The translations under genes were made by a program, and so were the position numbers. A stretch of 64,000 bases of DNA from the human T2T-CHM13v2.0 reference genome, Homo sapiens: positions 13,376,001-13,440,000 of the forward strand of contig CP068257.2 in assembly GCA_009914755.4 (NCBI GenBank), written 5' to 3'. The notes beneath the pieces were generated by a model. The model was not told where the DNA came from. It did not search any database and saw only the letters and a list, made by a program, of their open reading frames with translations. This document shows, one piece after another, positions 1 to 12,461 of this stretch. Position 1 is the first letter of the stretch; the number at the start of each line of letters is the position of its first letter.

Positions 1-815
1 AAAGACATGAAATACTAGTAAAATCACAATGAGATCACATTACACACTCACTAGAATAGCTATATTAAAAAAAAAAAAGACTGAAAAAACTCAAAGGTTG
101 GGGAGGACAGGAAGAAACTGAAACTCTCCTCCATTGCTGGTGAGAATGTAAAAATGGCATAACCACTTGAAAAACAGTTTGGTGGTTTTTCAAAAAGTTA
201 AACATACATGAATGTATAACCTTGCAATGACCCACTAATTGTACACTGGAGTACCTAAGAGAAATGAAAAATATATGTCCACAAAAAATCTGTCTACAAA
301 TGGTGATATCAGCATCAATCATAATAACCAAAAACTGTAAACAAAACAAATGCCCATCAACTATTAAAGGCAAGCATAAAGTGTAACCAACAAAAAAAGG
401 GAATGAACTAATGATTCACGTCACCAAGGATGAACCTCAGAAACTTAATGCTTAGTGAAAGAAGCTAAATACGAAAGATATCTATATTGTATGATTCCAA
501 AAAGATATCTATATTGTATGATTCCATTTATATATGAAATGTCTTAAAAAGCTGAACTGTATGTAGAGAAAGCAGATCACCTCCTGGGGCAGGAGAGGAG
601 AACAGAGATTGGAAATGGGCATGAAAGACTCTGTGAAGACATGAAAATGTCCTAACGCCGGACTGTGGTGATGGCTGCAACATCTGAGTGCATTGACTCA
701 AAACCTTCCAACTGAACACTTGCAGTGGATGAATTGCTGGATACATGTAAATTATACCTAAATAAAGCCATGAAAAACAAAAATAAAAATGATATATTAC
801 ATACAAAATCATAAA
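1..815 (+). mobile_element. Ancient LINE-1 (L1M-type) 3' end fragment
   Basis: Matches the L1M ORF2 C-terminus and 3' UTR motifs, for example ...cattgctggtgagaatgtaaaaatgg...cagtttgg...ttcaaaaagttaaacata... and the A-rich terminus near 800. Confidence 0.7.
474..527. repeat. Near-perfect 27-bp tandem duplication (aaagatatctatattgtatgattccaa, 2 copies) inside the L1M fragment
   Basis: Two adjacent identical 27-mers read directly at 474-500 and 501-527; they differ only at the last base. Confidence 0.85.
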
Positions 816-897
816 TTTATTTAAAATGAGTCCGATGTGCTGACAAAGGTCTCATATCCAGAGTTTACAAAGAGTTTAAATAAATTTACAAGAAAAA

Positions 898-1748
898 AAA
901 CATTAAAAGGTGAACAAAGACATGAACAGACAGTTCTAAAAAGAAGACATTCGTGCGGCCAGCAAATATAGATATAAAAGCTCAACATCACTGATCATTA
1001 GAGAAATGCAAATCAAAACCATAATGAGATAACCATCTCATGCCTGTCAGAATGGTGATTATTAAAGAGTCAGAAAACAACAGATGCTGGCAAGGTTGTG
1101 GAGAAAAAAGAATACTTTACATTGCTGGTGGGAGTGTAAATTAGTTCAACCATTGTGGAAGACAGCGTGGCAAGTCCTCAAAGACCTAGAGGCAGAAATA
1201 ACATTTGACCCAGCAATCCCATTACTGGGTATACACCTGAAGGATTATAAATCACTCTATCATAAAGACACATGCACATGTATGTTCACTGCAGCACTAT
1301 TCACAACAGCCACGACATGAAATCAACCCAAATGCCCATCAGTGATAGACTGGATAAAGAAAATGTGGTACATATATACCATGGAATACTATGCAGCCAT
1401 AAAAAGGAATGAGATCATGTCCTTTGCAGGGACATGGATAGAAGCCACTATCCTCAGCAAACTAACGCGGAACAGAAAACCAAGCACTGTATGTTGTCAC
1501 TTAAAAGTGGGAGCTGAATGATGAGAATACATGGACACATTTCTGGGGAACAATACACACTGGGCCTGTTGGGTGGGAGGTGTGGGGGGAGGGAGAGCAT
1601 CAGGAAGAATAGCTAATTGATGCTGGGCTTAGTATCTAAGTGATGGGTTGATCTATGCAGTAAACCACATGGCATATGTTTACCTATGTAAAAAACTTGC
1701 GCATCCTGCACATGTACCCCAGAACTTAAAATAAAAGTTGAAGAAAAA
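898..1748 (+). mobile_element. Primate LINE-1 (L1PA/L1PB-type) 3' end: ORF2 C-terminal remnant plus 3' UTR
   Basis: ORF 1084-1320 translates to ...CWWECKLVQPLWKTAWQVLKDLEAEITFDPAIPLLGIHLKDYKS..., which is recognisable L1 ORF2p C-terminus. The 3' UTR motifs gggaggtgtggggggagggagagcatcag...cacatgtaccccagaacttaaaataaaa are present, with an A-rich end at 1745. Confidence 0.85.
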
Positions 1749-1861
1749 AATGAGTCTGATGTAAAATACACTGCCACTTCTCTCATTATTTTAAATAACA
1801 ATCATACTTTAAGATAAACCTAATGTATTACAATTACTCTTTGGAGAATGCAAAAGTAGAA

Positions 1862-2445
1862 TTAAGATGACTATCCACCTTCTTCATACACTACTGGTGG
1901 GAATGTAAAATGCAGTGTAGCCACTAAGGGGAACAGACAGTTCCTTAAAAAGCAACATCAAGTTACGACGTGACCCAGGAATTCCATTCCTGTGTATATA
2001 CAGAAGGGAAATAAAAACCTGATGTCCATCCACTGATAAGTAGATAAAATGTGATAAATCCATACAGTGAAGTATTATTTAGTCACAAAAAGGAATGAAG
2101 TGCTGACACATGCTACAACATAGTCAAACTTTATTACGCTCAGTGAAAGAAGCCAATCACTAAAAATCACGTGATCCCATTTCTATGGAATGTACAGAAT
2201 AGGCAAATTAATCTAGACAGAAGGATCGGTGGTTGTCTAGGGCTGGGGTGGGAAGGGATGGAAATGGAGAGTGACAGCTAACAGGTGTGGAGCTCCTTTT
2301 AAGATCATGAAACTGTTAAAAAAAGACTGTGGTGTTGGTTACACACCTATGTGAACATAAAAACTACGGAACTGAACACTTTAAACAGGTGAATTTATAG
2401 TATGTAAATTATATCTCAGTAAAGCTATAAAAATGACTATTCACC
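1862..2445 (+). mobile_element. Second ancient L1M 3' end fragment
   Basis: ...tggtgggaatgtaaaatgcagtgtagccact...ggctggggtgggaagggatggaaatggagagtgacagctaacaggtgtggagctcc...gaactgaacactttaaacaggtgaatttatagtatgtaaattatatctcagtaaagc is canonical L1M 3' terminus. Confidence 0.75.
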
Positions 2446-2879
2446 TAATACTTATTAAAACATCAAAAGTAATTTCAGGGTAAAAACCTAGATCTCTAAT
2501 CTTACTTGTGTGCTTTTGAAGTTATGTCACATTTATCAGAACAGTTTGTTAATATTCAATTAATTCTGGCTAAATATTAGAATACTTTTTTTAAATAAAA
2601 TCAACTGTATTTTTGTACACCAGTAACAAACAGAAAACAACATTTAAAAAATATCCAACAGCAAAGCATACCTAGGAAGAAAAGTAACTTGTAAATACTG
2701 CATGCTCAATATAAATAAAATATATTGGAAGGCATTAACAACGAAACCTAAATAATCCAAATAAATGGAATGACACACCATGTTTATTATATAAATACTC
2801 AGTATCGTAAAATGACAATTCTTCCCAAATTAAACAAATGCCTTTAATGCAATGCCTATCAAAATGTAAAAGGTTTAAT

Positions 2880-3722
<843 letters not shown>

Positions 3723-3751
3723 TATACACACACACACAAAACTTTGGTATC

Positions 3752-3786
<35 letters not shown>

Positions 3787-3799
3787 TGTGTGTGTGTGT
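3723..3799. repeat. Compound dinucleotide microsatellite (CA)n...(GT)n replacing the Alu A-tail
   Basis: acacacacacacaaaac at 3723-3740 and an uninterrupted (tg)n run of about 22 copies at 3755-3799. Confidence 0.9.
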
Positions 3800-3944
3800 C
3801 CTATAACATTTTAATTAAAAATGGGCAAAATAGAGAGGGGGTAGCCCTAATAAGAGGAGTCAGAGAGCTCAAGCAGGATGAGGTTGGTGTCACTGTGGAG
3901 TGGAAGAAATGATGTGGTATGGGGAATTCGAGCCCAAGCTCTAG

Positions 3945-4180
3945 ATCTGTATTGTTCTTGTTATTGTATGTGTTATTTTAAAATTTTAAAAAATTTAAGA
4001 CATAAAAGTATTTAATGTAAAGTTTTAAGTATATAATGTACGAAAGGTATGAACTCGCATTTCACGAAAGAATACACTAATGGTGAATAATCACATGAAA
4101 AGATGTCTAACCTTATTGTCAATCACAGAAAAGCAAATCAAGACCAATAAGATGCCATTTTGCATCCAATAAATTAAGAA
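3945..4180 (+). mobile_element. Ancient L1M ORF2-end fragment
   Basis: ...catgaaaagatgtctaaccttattgtcaatcacagaaaagcaaatcaagaccaataagatgcca... compares to L1 ...catgaaaagatgctcaacatcactaatcatcagggaaatgcaaatcaaaaccacaatgagatacca. A paralogous copy lies at 5330-5560. Confidence 0.5.
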
Positions 4181-5329
4181 AAGGGTGGTTTGAGGTGAGC
4201 AGGATGACAGAGAAGTCCTTGCACAGGAGTGGTCCAGCACTGGGTATCAATGCCCAAGTTGGAGCAGAAGGGCATCCACAAAAAGATGCACTGTGGTGTG
4301 CAATGTAGAAATCGATGTGGGGTGAGAACGGCTTCCACATAAAGGGGCTTTGAGGCTCAAGTAAAACTAAGGGGCAGGGTGAGGGACAGGAGAAATGGCA
4401 GATTGACTACATACAGGGAGAATGATCAAATAAAGTAACACTAAGGATCATGGTAGTCAGGTTTCTCACTATAAGAGGAGGTACAAAAAGGGAAGGAAAT
4501 ATAATTGAAGCCTATAGGATTGGAATGAAATTAGAGATATCAGTATGATCAAGGGATGACATGTCAAAAAGATACTGAAGGGGGTACTGCTGGCAAAATC
4601 AGGGACAAGATGGGCACCAAAATAAGTTACAATAGTAACGGATTACAGCTCACTGAATAAAATACGGGCTCATAAGCACACACTGATACAAATAAATTAA
4701 CTAAAACTGTGATCAGGAAAGGGATTTTACATAGTTTCAAAGCACCTGCATGCAAAATAATTATTAATTACAGAGGGAAAATGAGTAATTTCACAGTAGA
4801 TGAAATTAGCAGACACCATCTTAATCAAGTAATCCCAGTGAAAAGTCAACAGTAATGGGTCAAAATGAAATTGTATGCCACCGCAGAGGATGCAAAGAGA
4901 AGACACAGTATCACTTCTGTGATATTCCTGCTCAATATTCATAACATGGATCTAATCATGAGGAAACAGAAGACAACCCTAAAGGAAAAGATATTCTACA
5001 TAATTACGGGCCGACATGGTCTTCTAACATGCCAGTGTCTTTAAAGTCAAAGACTGAAGAACTGTTCCAGACTGTGGGAGACCAAAAAGATGAGACAATA
5101 AAATGCAAAGTGTGATTCTAAATGGAATCCTTTTGCTGAAAAGGACATTATCGGGACAACCTGGAAACTTGAATGAGCTCTGACGATTAGATAGTAGTGA
5201 TGATCAATGATTTTGATGGTTTTGTTGTGGTTTCCAGGACAAGGTCTTGTTTCTTTCTGGGAAACACACACTTGTTTATTCATGGGAAATAAGTCAACAG
5301 AGGAAAAAAGTTCCACTGTATTGTACGTG

Positions 5330-5560
5330 TAACTTTTCTGTATGTGTTACTTTAAAATTAAAAATATGTAGAATACAAATGCATAAAAAAACAGTTTTGA
5401 GTACATAATGGGCATAGGACATAATAAGAATTTCATAAGATAGTACACCAATGATGAAAAAACACATGAAAAGATGTTCAGCCTCATTCGTTATCACACA
5501 GAAAAGTAAATCAAGATCATAATACGATGCCACTGTATCTACTAATTTGGAAAAAGTTAA
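5330..5560 (+). mobile_element. Ancient L1M ORF2-end fragment (paralogous to 3945-4180)
   Basis: ...cacatgaaaagatgttcagcctcattcgttatcacacagaaaagtaaatcaagatcataatacgatgcca... The flanks are also shared with the 3945 copy (gtgttactttaaaatt...). Confidence 0.5.
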
Positions 5561-8073
5561 AAAGTCTGACAATTCTTAGATCTGACAATGATGTAGCTCA
5601 ACAGAAACTTCTGATATATTATTAATGAAATGTAAACTGGTCTGATAACATTGGAAACAACTTCATATTATTTCATATAATTGAGCATTCTTTACATATC
5701 TACTCTTGGGTATATACCCTAGAGTCTTGCACATCTTCTTCAGAACACATATAAAAGAACGTTGACATCAGCAATGCTTATAATAGTCATACATATGTGT
5801 GTAAATATAAGTACACCTATATATGTATGTAAGTATATCAACATAGGTATATCAAAAACAAAACAAAACAAAACAATAACAAACAAACGAAAGGACCCAG
5901 CAACCATCCAAATGTCCACACAGAGGGGAAGAAATAAATACACACAATGGAATATTGCCCAGGAGTGGAAATAAATGAACTATACCTACATACAGCAGTA
6001 TAAATAAATTTCAAAAAACCAATATAAGTTGAAAAAACAAGTCTCATAACTGTACATATTAAATAACTTAAAGAGTGTAACTGGGTTGTTTGCAACTAAA
6101 TGTATAAATGCTTGAGGGGATGGACACCTCATTCTTCATGATGTGCTTACTTCACATTGCATGCCTGTATCAAAACATCTCTGTACCCCATGAATATATA
6201 CACTTGTACCCACAAAAACTAAATTAAAAAAAAATTTGAAACAGCAAGTATCCGAAGACTTCATACAGAATGCTACCATTTTCGCAAAACAAAAACATAA
6301 AGTAACATATTACTTAAAGATTAATGTAAAAACCAGTATTATTTAAAAGGCAGTAAATGATTAACACAAAATTGAAGAAAGCGGTTGCAAGACACCAGGG
6401 GCAAGGAGAGCAACATATCGACAGATTCAGCTGTGGTAGTTAAGTCTGATTCTATGCTCGATGGTAGGTTCTTGGCAGATCACTGTCATATTGTGCCTCA
6501 TAATTCAAATACATTCCTGTTTATACCAAGGGTTACTTACATAACAGAAAACAAGTGGCTATATTGTGGCAAATCAGAGCTTTGACAAGTATCTTGTTTA
6601 GGTAAGCATCTTAATAATTTTCACACATGAACAAATGTTAACTGTTAGGTGACAGATTTTCTTTATTCTCCTTGTTAGAAACAAAACCAAAGGAGTATAT
6701 AAAGAGATACACTCAAAAGAATTGAAAAACTGACTGGCAGATAAAAACTTATAGCTTGGTCAATCAAAGAATGAGGCTAATTCATATCTACCACCACTTT
6801 GGTCTCAAATAAAGCTAACATAAATGCTTGCTTACTTAATTACTGCGAACTTCAGAACTGTCTGATGAAAGATGATCATTTTGCAAAAATTACTTAACAT
6901 GAGAAATAGGTAAACTGGAGTAATTCAATACACTTCAGGTTCTTAACAAAATGCATTTTCCCTCTAAATCTAAACGGGCTTTTTTCTCTCTACTTGGTCA
7001 CACAGGCCAGCAATCATATATTCACCATGACAGCCAAAACTGTGATGAGAAATACTTAATCCATTTTAAAGAGCAAAGTTTACTTGCACAATAAATAACT
7101 CTTTATATTTATTATATGGTACTTCCATCTAAAAAAAATACAATTCAATTTTCTCAACAACCTTGCATTACAGGTAAAGCACACACTGTTAAGCAATAAC
7201 CACTGCATGTAGTATAATACTTAAAAATATTTTAAATAAGTTAGAAATGTGAATGATACTCTAAATCAAATTTGCTATCCAAATACTTCTTGAGTATCTA
7301 GCATGTGAAAGGTACTTTATAAGGTGCTTTTTTGGCATTTTATGTGATGCACACGGATTGAAAATCTTAGCTACGTGCTGCATTCTTGTTAAATGCAAAT
7401 GAGTACAATAATCTTGTTAAAAGACATCTCACACTAATTCCTCTTCAAAAGAAAGGGAGTGAGAAGCCATTCATCCTGATAAACTTGCATAAGATATACT
7501 GTACTGATTCTTTCTCTGGGCTTGGATTTCTTTTTAATGATGTGCTTGCACATTAACTACAGGCTACACAATACTGAGGAAGTTGGAGTGGGGTAAGATC
7601 GCCTATTTAATAACACATTTCCTTTAGAAGGATCATTGCTTCACGTTACAGAGGAAACAGTCATAAAACTACATCCACACCATTAGTCCTTGGGTTGTAT
7701 TTCTTTTTGTATGTATATTTTTTACAAGGTTTGGGGCTGAAAAATCAGGCACTGATTCAAAGATTAAATAGATTTAATATGCAATTTTTAACACTAACGT
7801 AGGCACTAAATAAATGTACAGTGTACAAATGTTTATTTGAATACTCTTATTTTAAAATTACTTCCAGTGTTTCCCTGTGTTGTTCAATGGAACATAAAAT
7901 ATCCACTCCATATAACACTTAATTTTTCTATTTCCTATTCTTTATTGTTATTATTGAAATTACATACTTTTAAAAGTCATTTCCTATTATTAATGGTCAA
8001 TATCGTTCTTTTAAAAAATATACATTGGTCCAAAAAGTATTTATATAAACAAGTGTTTATCTGACATCCCCAT

Positions 8074-8862
8074 TTGGAGGTCTCCAAGCATTTCAAGTTT
8101 AATATGTCAATAACTGAGTCCCTGTTATTCCTAATCTCAGATCAGCTCCATTCTTCCAATTGTTCAGGCTGCCATCCGAGATGCCTCTCTTCCTCTCACA
8201 CCCACATACAATCTTTTAGCAAATTCTGCAGGCTTTACCTTGGAATCCAGAATCCAGAATTCAGCTACTTCTTACTGTCCCCATTCAAGTCATCTCCTTC
8301 TCTCCTGAATTATCATAATGGCCGCCTCACTGGTTTCCTTGCTTCTGTTTTTGACACCTCTTTGGTCTACTTAACACAACTGCTGAAGCGATTCTGCTAA
8401 AACATGATATTGGGCCACTCTTCTGCTCAAAACTTTCTAGGGGCTTCCCCCTCTGACCTCATCTCCTGTGACCCTCCCTCACTCACCCCACTCCAGCCAC
8501 AGGAACTTCGACTGGAATACTCTCCTTCCCAGAGGGCTGCATCACTAGCTCCCATGCTGACTCAGCCTCTACTCAAGTCACCCTCCGAGTAAGGCCTTCC
8601 CTGGGTGTCATCTAAAACTTCCTGGACATCTCCCCTGCCCCTGCCCTCAATACCCTCCATTCTCCTCTCTTTGCTTCAATTTTTATTTAGCACTTAATAA
8701 GATACCATAAATTGAATTGCTTTATCTTATTTGTCTATCTCACCAATAAAATGTAAGCTCCAGGAGGGTAGCAATTTTTTTTCTCTTTTGTTCACTGTTC
8801 TATCCCCAGGACTTAGAAGAATAACCGAAATACAGCAGGCACTCAATAAATATGACTGGGTA
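8074..8862 (+). mobile_element. LINE-2 (L2) 3' end
   Basis: Long colinear match to the L2 3' terminus: ...ctcatctcctgtgaccctccctcactcaccccactccagccaca...aggccttccctgggtgtcatctaaaac...tttatttagcacttaataagata...ctatctcaccaataaaatgtaagctccaggagggtagc...ccccaggacttagaagaataaccgaaatacagcaggcactcaataaatat. Confidence 0.75.
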
Positions 8863-9036
8863 GGGTGCATAGTTCACACCCATAATCCCAGTGCTTTGAG
8901 AGGCTGAGGCAGGAGATTGCTTGAGCCCAGGAGTTTGAGGCTGTGGTGAGCTATGCTAACCCCACTGCACTCCAGCCTGGGCAACAGAGTCCCTGTCTCC
9001 AATAAAGGAAAACAAATAAATAAATAAATAATAAAC
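8862..9036 (+). mobile_element. Alu-family monomer-length element (FLAM/FRAM-like, about 140 bp) with (AAAT)n tail
   Basis: gggtgcatagttcacacccataatcccagtgctttgagaggctgaggcaggagattgcttgagcccaggagtttgaggctgtggtgagctatgctaaccccactgcactccagcctgggcaacagagtccctgtctc, followed by aataaaggaaaacaaataaataaataaataataaa. Confidence 0.8.
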
Positions 9037-9982
9037 ATGTCTGTACTTTGTGATCTCACCAGAGAGTCTGCAGAGATGAGCAAAACTCATATCCTCACCA
9101 GCTGTGACAAACACTGCAGTGACCTCCTCAAAAACACACTGTCCTCTTCCTTATCCACCTGTAGAAACTCACCCTCTTCCCCTCAGGAGGTGAATCCCAA
9201 TTAAGTAAAGCCACTTGTGACAAATAATGTCTACTCTGATAGTAAGAGGCAGGGCTTAGGCATGGGTATATGATTTAATTATGACCAGTGAAGTTGACAA
9301 GGAAATGTGGGAAAATAGCCATCTTTCAACCATGAGGAGTGACATCACCAAGTCACTCAAGATGGCAGAGTAGAAAACAGAAAATACCATGTGGGACACT
9401 AATAAGATCATTATGACAATTCATTAACTGCCAATACTCCAAATTTTTTGTTGAGTGAGAAGATACACCCTTACTGTTTACTTTACTTGTAGTAAGGCCT
9501 TCTATTACTTATATTTTTATTAACACAGAAAAGTTTTTACGAATATTCACACAGTTTCCCACACTGGGTTAAGTCAAACTAACACGAAGTTGGATTGATT
9601 CCTCTGGTAGAAGTCAGGGGTTTTCCCTTTCTTCATGCTGCATGCCTAGACAACATGTCACATGACAATAAAACAAGATATTTCAATGGAAATCATATTT
9701 TCTCATAGGAATAATATGTTACAAACAGGGTTTCCTCTTAATTAAGAATTGAAAATAAACATATTACCAAAGCAAAGGCAGTACAAATATAGAGTTCTAA
9801 TAAGTTAAATGGTAAAATTATGCTCCCAATGACTACATATTTAACAATGTTCTACAGAATAAGTGCTCACTCAGAGGGAGGAAAACATGGAAGGAGGGAG
9901 AGAGGAGGATAGGTGGTAAGGAGGGAAGAAGGGAGGTCCCAAGGCCAAATAAATTCAGGAAATGATGATTTAAGTTAAAATA

Positions 9983-11240
9983 GATCACGACATTCCCTTT
10001 CTATGTGTATACACTCTGGAAGGCGGTTGGAGGATCACTACCTTCCCCTTCTATGTGTGTACACTCTGGAAGGCGCTCGGAGGATCACCACATTCCCTTT
10101 CTATGTGTGTACACTCTGGAAGGCACTCAGAGGATCACCACATTCCCTTTCTATGTGTGTACACTCTGGAAGGTGTTCAGAGGTTCACCACATTCCCTTT
10201 CTATGTGTATACTCTGGAAGGCGGTTGGAGGTTCACTACATTCCCTTTCTATGTGTGTACACTCTGGAAGGCGCTCGGAGGATCACCACATTCCCTTTCT
10301 ATGTGTATACACTCTGGAAGGCGCACGGAGGATCACCACATTCCCTTTCTATGTGTGTACACTCTGGAAGGCGTTCAGAGGTTCACCACATTCCCTTTCT
10401 ATGTGTATACACTCTGGAAGGTGGTTGGAGGTTCACCACATTCCCTTTCTATGTGTATACACTCTGGAAGGCGGTTGGAGGTTCACCACATTCCCTTTCT
10501 ATGTGTATACACTCTGGAAGGCGCTCGGAGGATCACCACATTCCCTTTCTGTGTGTATACACTCTGGAAGGCGCTCGGAGGATCACCACATTCCCTTTCT
10601 ATGTGTATACACTCTGGAAGGCGCTCGGAGGATCACCACATTCCCTTTCTATGTGTGTACACTCTGGAAGGCGTTCAGAGGTTCACCACATTCCCTTTCT
10701 ATGTATATACACTCTGGAAGGCGGTTGGAGGTTCACCACATTCCCTTTCTATGTGTATACACTCTGGAAGGCGCTCGGAGGATCACCACATTCCCTTTCT
10801 ATGTGTATACACTCTGGAAGGCGCTCGGAGGATCACTACATTCCCTTTCTATGTGTATACACTCTGGAAGGCGCTCGGAGGATCACCACATTCCCTTTCT
10901 ATGTGTATACACTCTGGAAGGCGCTCGGAGGATCACCACATTCCCTTTCTATGTGTATACACTCTGGAAGGCGCTCGGAGGATCACCACATTCCCTTTCT
11001 ATGTGTGTACACTCTGGAAGGCGTTCAGAGGTTCACCACATTCCCTTTCTATGTGTATACACTCTGGAAGGTGGTTGGAGGTTCACCACATTCCCTTTCT
11101 ATGTGTATACACTCTGAAAGGTGCTCAAAGGACACCACATTCCCTTTCTATGTGTGTACACTCTGGAAGGCGCTTGGAGGATCACCACATTCCCTTTCTA
11201 TGTGTATACACTCTGGAAGGCGCTTGGAGGACACCATCAT
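9983..11240. repeat. Minisatellite (VNTR): about 25 tandem copies of a 50-bp unit, consensus cacattccctttctatgtgtatacactctggaaggcgctcggaggatcac
   Basis: Period about 50 bp read directly (actctggaagg recurs at 10261, 10311, 10361 ...). Variant units cgctcgg / cgttcag / cggttgg / tggttgg recur in a higher-order order. There are two CpGs per canonical unit. Confidence 0.95.
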
Positions 11241-12129
11241 TCATCTGAGATGCTCCCACTCATCTCTGAAGTAATCCTAAGTTCAAAGTGGAGGAAGGAA
11301 GTAGGTCAGTGATAGTTTGACCCAAAGGGGTAATTTTGAGTCAAAGGGTTTTGATTTTTAGCTCAAAGCCAAGCCATTAATAACAAAGCCAGAACTATGA
11401 CTATCCAAAACAAGAACTCTTCAAATTCTCACTACAACCACCTAACAAACCACACACTGCCTCATTATAAAAGTCTTAAAAACTTTGAAAATTCTAATAA
11501 ACTCCTTGTACTATCAAGTAACTTACTGTAGACAAAATAGAAGATATTTTTTAAAACTTTCCTATAGGATAAACCTAACTCTATCCTTAACACAGTATCT
11601 GTAATATACAGTAATTGTTTAGTTATCAGTAGTTTTAGTAGCTGTCATTTTTGAAAAAATATTTGGATAAATGATGGCTCTAAAAAAAAAAACCGTTCGA
11701 AGTCACTGAAAAAAAGTAGGTATTTCCTTCAAAACCTTCTCACCATATTCTCTAATAGTAAACAAAGGCTTAAAGTTATTCTGTTGGTAAAACTTCAAAA
11801 AGCAGCAACTGAATCAATTTAACTAAGGACTTTAGTCCAGAGAGGATGTCTTGCTCATTGTAAGGTTGACTACAGAGGTCTACTGATTTCAGATCCAATC
11901 CCTGCTTCCTTCTGCTCTCCCCTGGTCACACTACATTCAGGAAATGAAGCAGGAGATGCAGCAGAAGGGTGAGTTAAGACTGGAATTAAAAGTCTGAAGC
12001 CACAGAAGGACCAAAAGATGTGTGTGATGTAAAAATGATTTTACAAAAATATAAAGTAGTCTGTTTGATTTCAAATATGGTTCTTTTAAATAATGGGCCA
12101 CTGAGAAAGCTGAAAAATTAAAATGATCA

Positions 12130-12461
<332 letters not shown>

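Noticed and set aside
1084-1320. 78-aa ORF as a host gene exon
   Set aside because: The translation (…CWWECKLVQPLWKTAWQVLKDLEAEITFDPAIPLLGIHLKDYKS…) is the C-terminal end of the L1 ORF2 protein. It is retrotransposon-derived and truncated.
9983-11240. Possible CRISPR array, since it is a regular direct-repeat structure
   Set aside because: The units are contiguous with no unique spacers. The sequence context is primate DNA with Alu, L1 and MIR elements, and there are no cas genes. It is a eukaryotic minisatellite.
10003-11274. Three overlapping long forward ORFs (423, 370 and 397 aa) that could be taken for a large repetitive protein gene
   Set aside because: They lie entirely within the 50-bp minisatellite. 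The unit has no forward-frame stop and 50 is not a multiple of 3, so every frame stays open and all three encode the same 50-aa repeat. There is no start context and no splice signal, and the composition gives no support.
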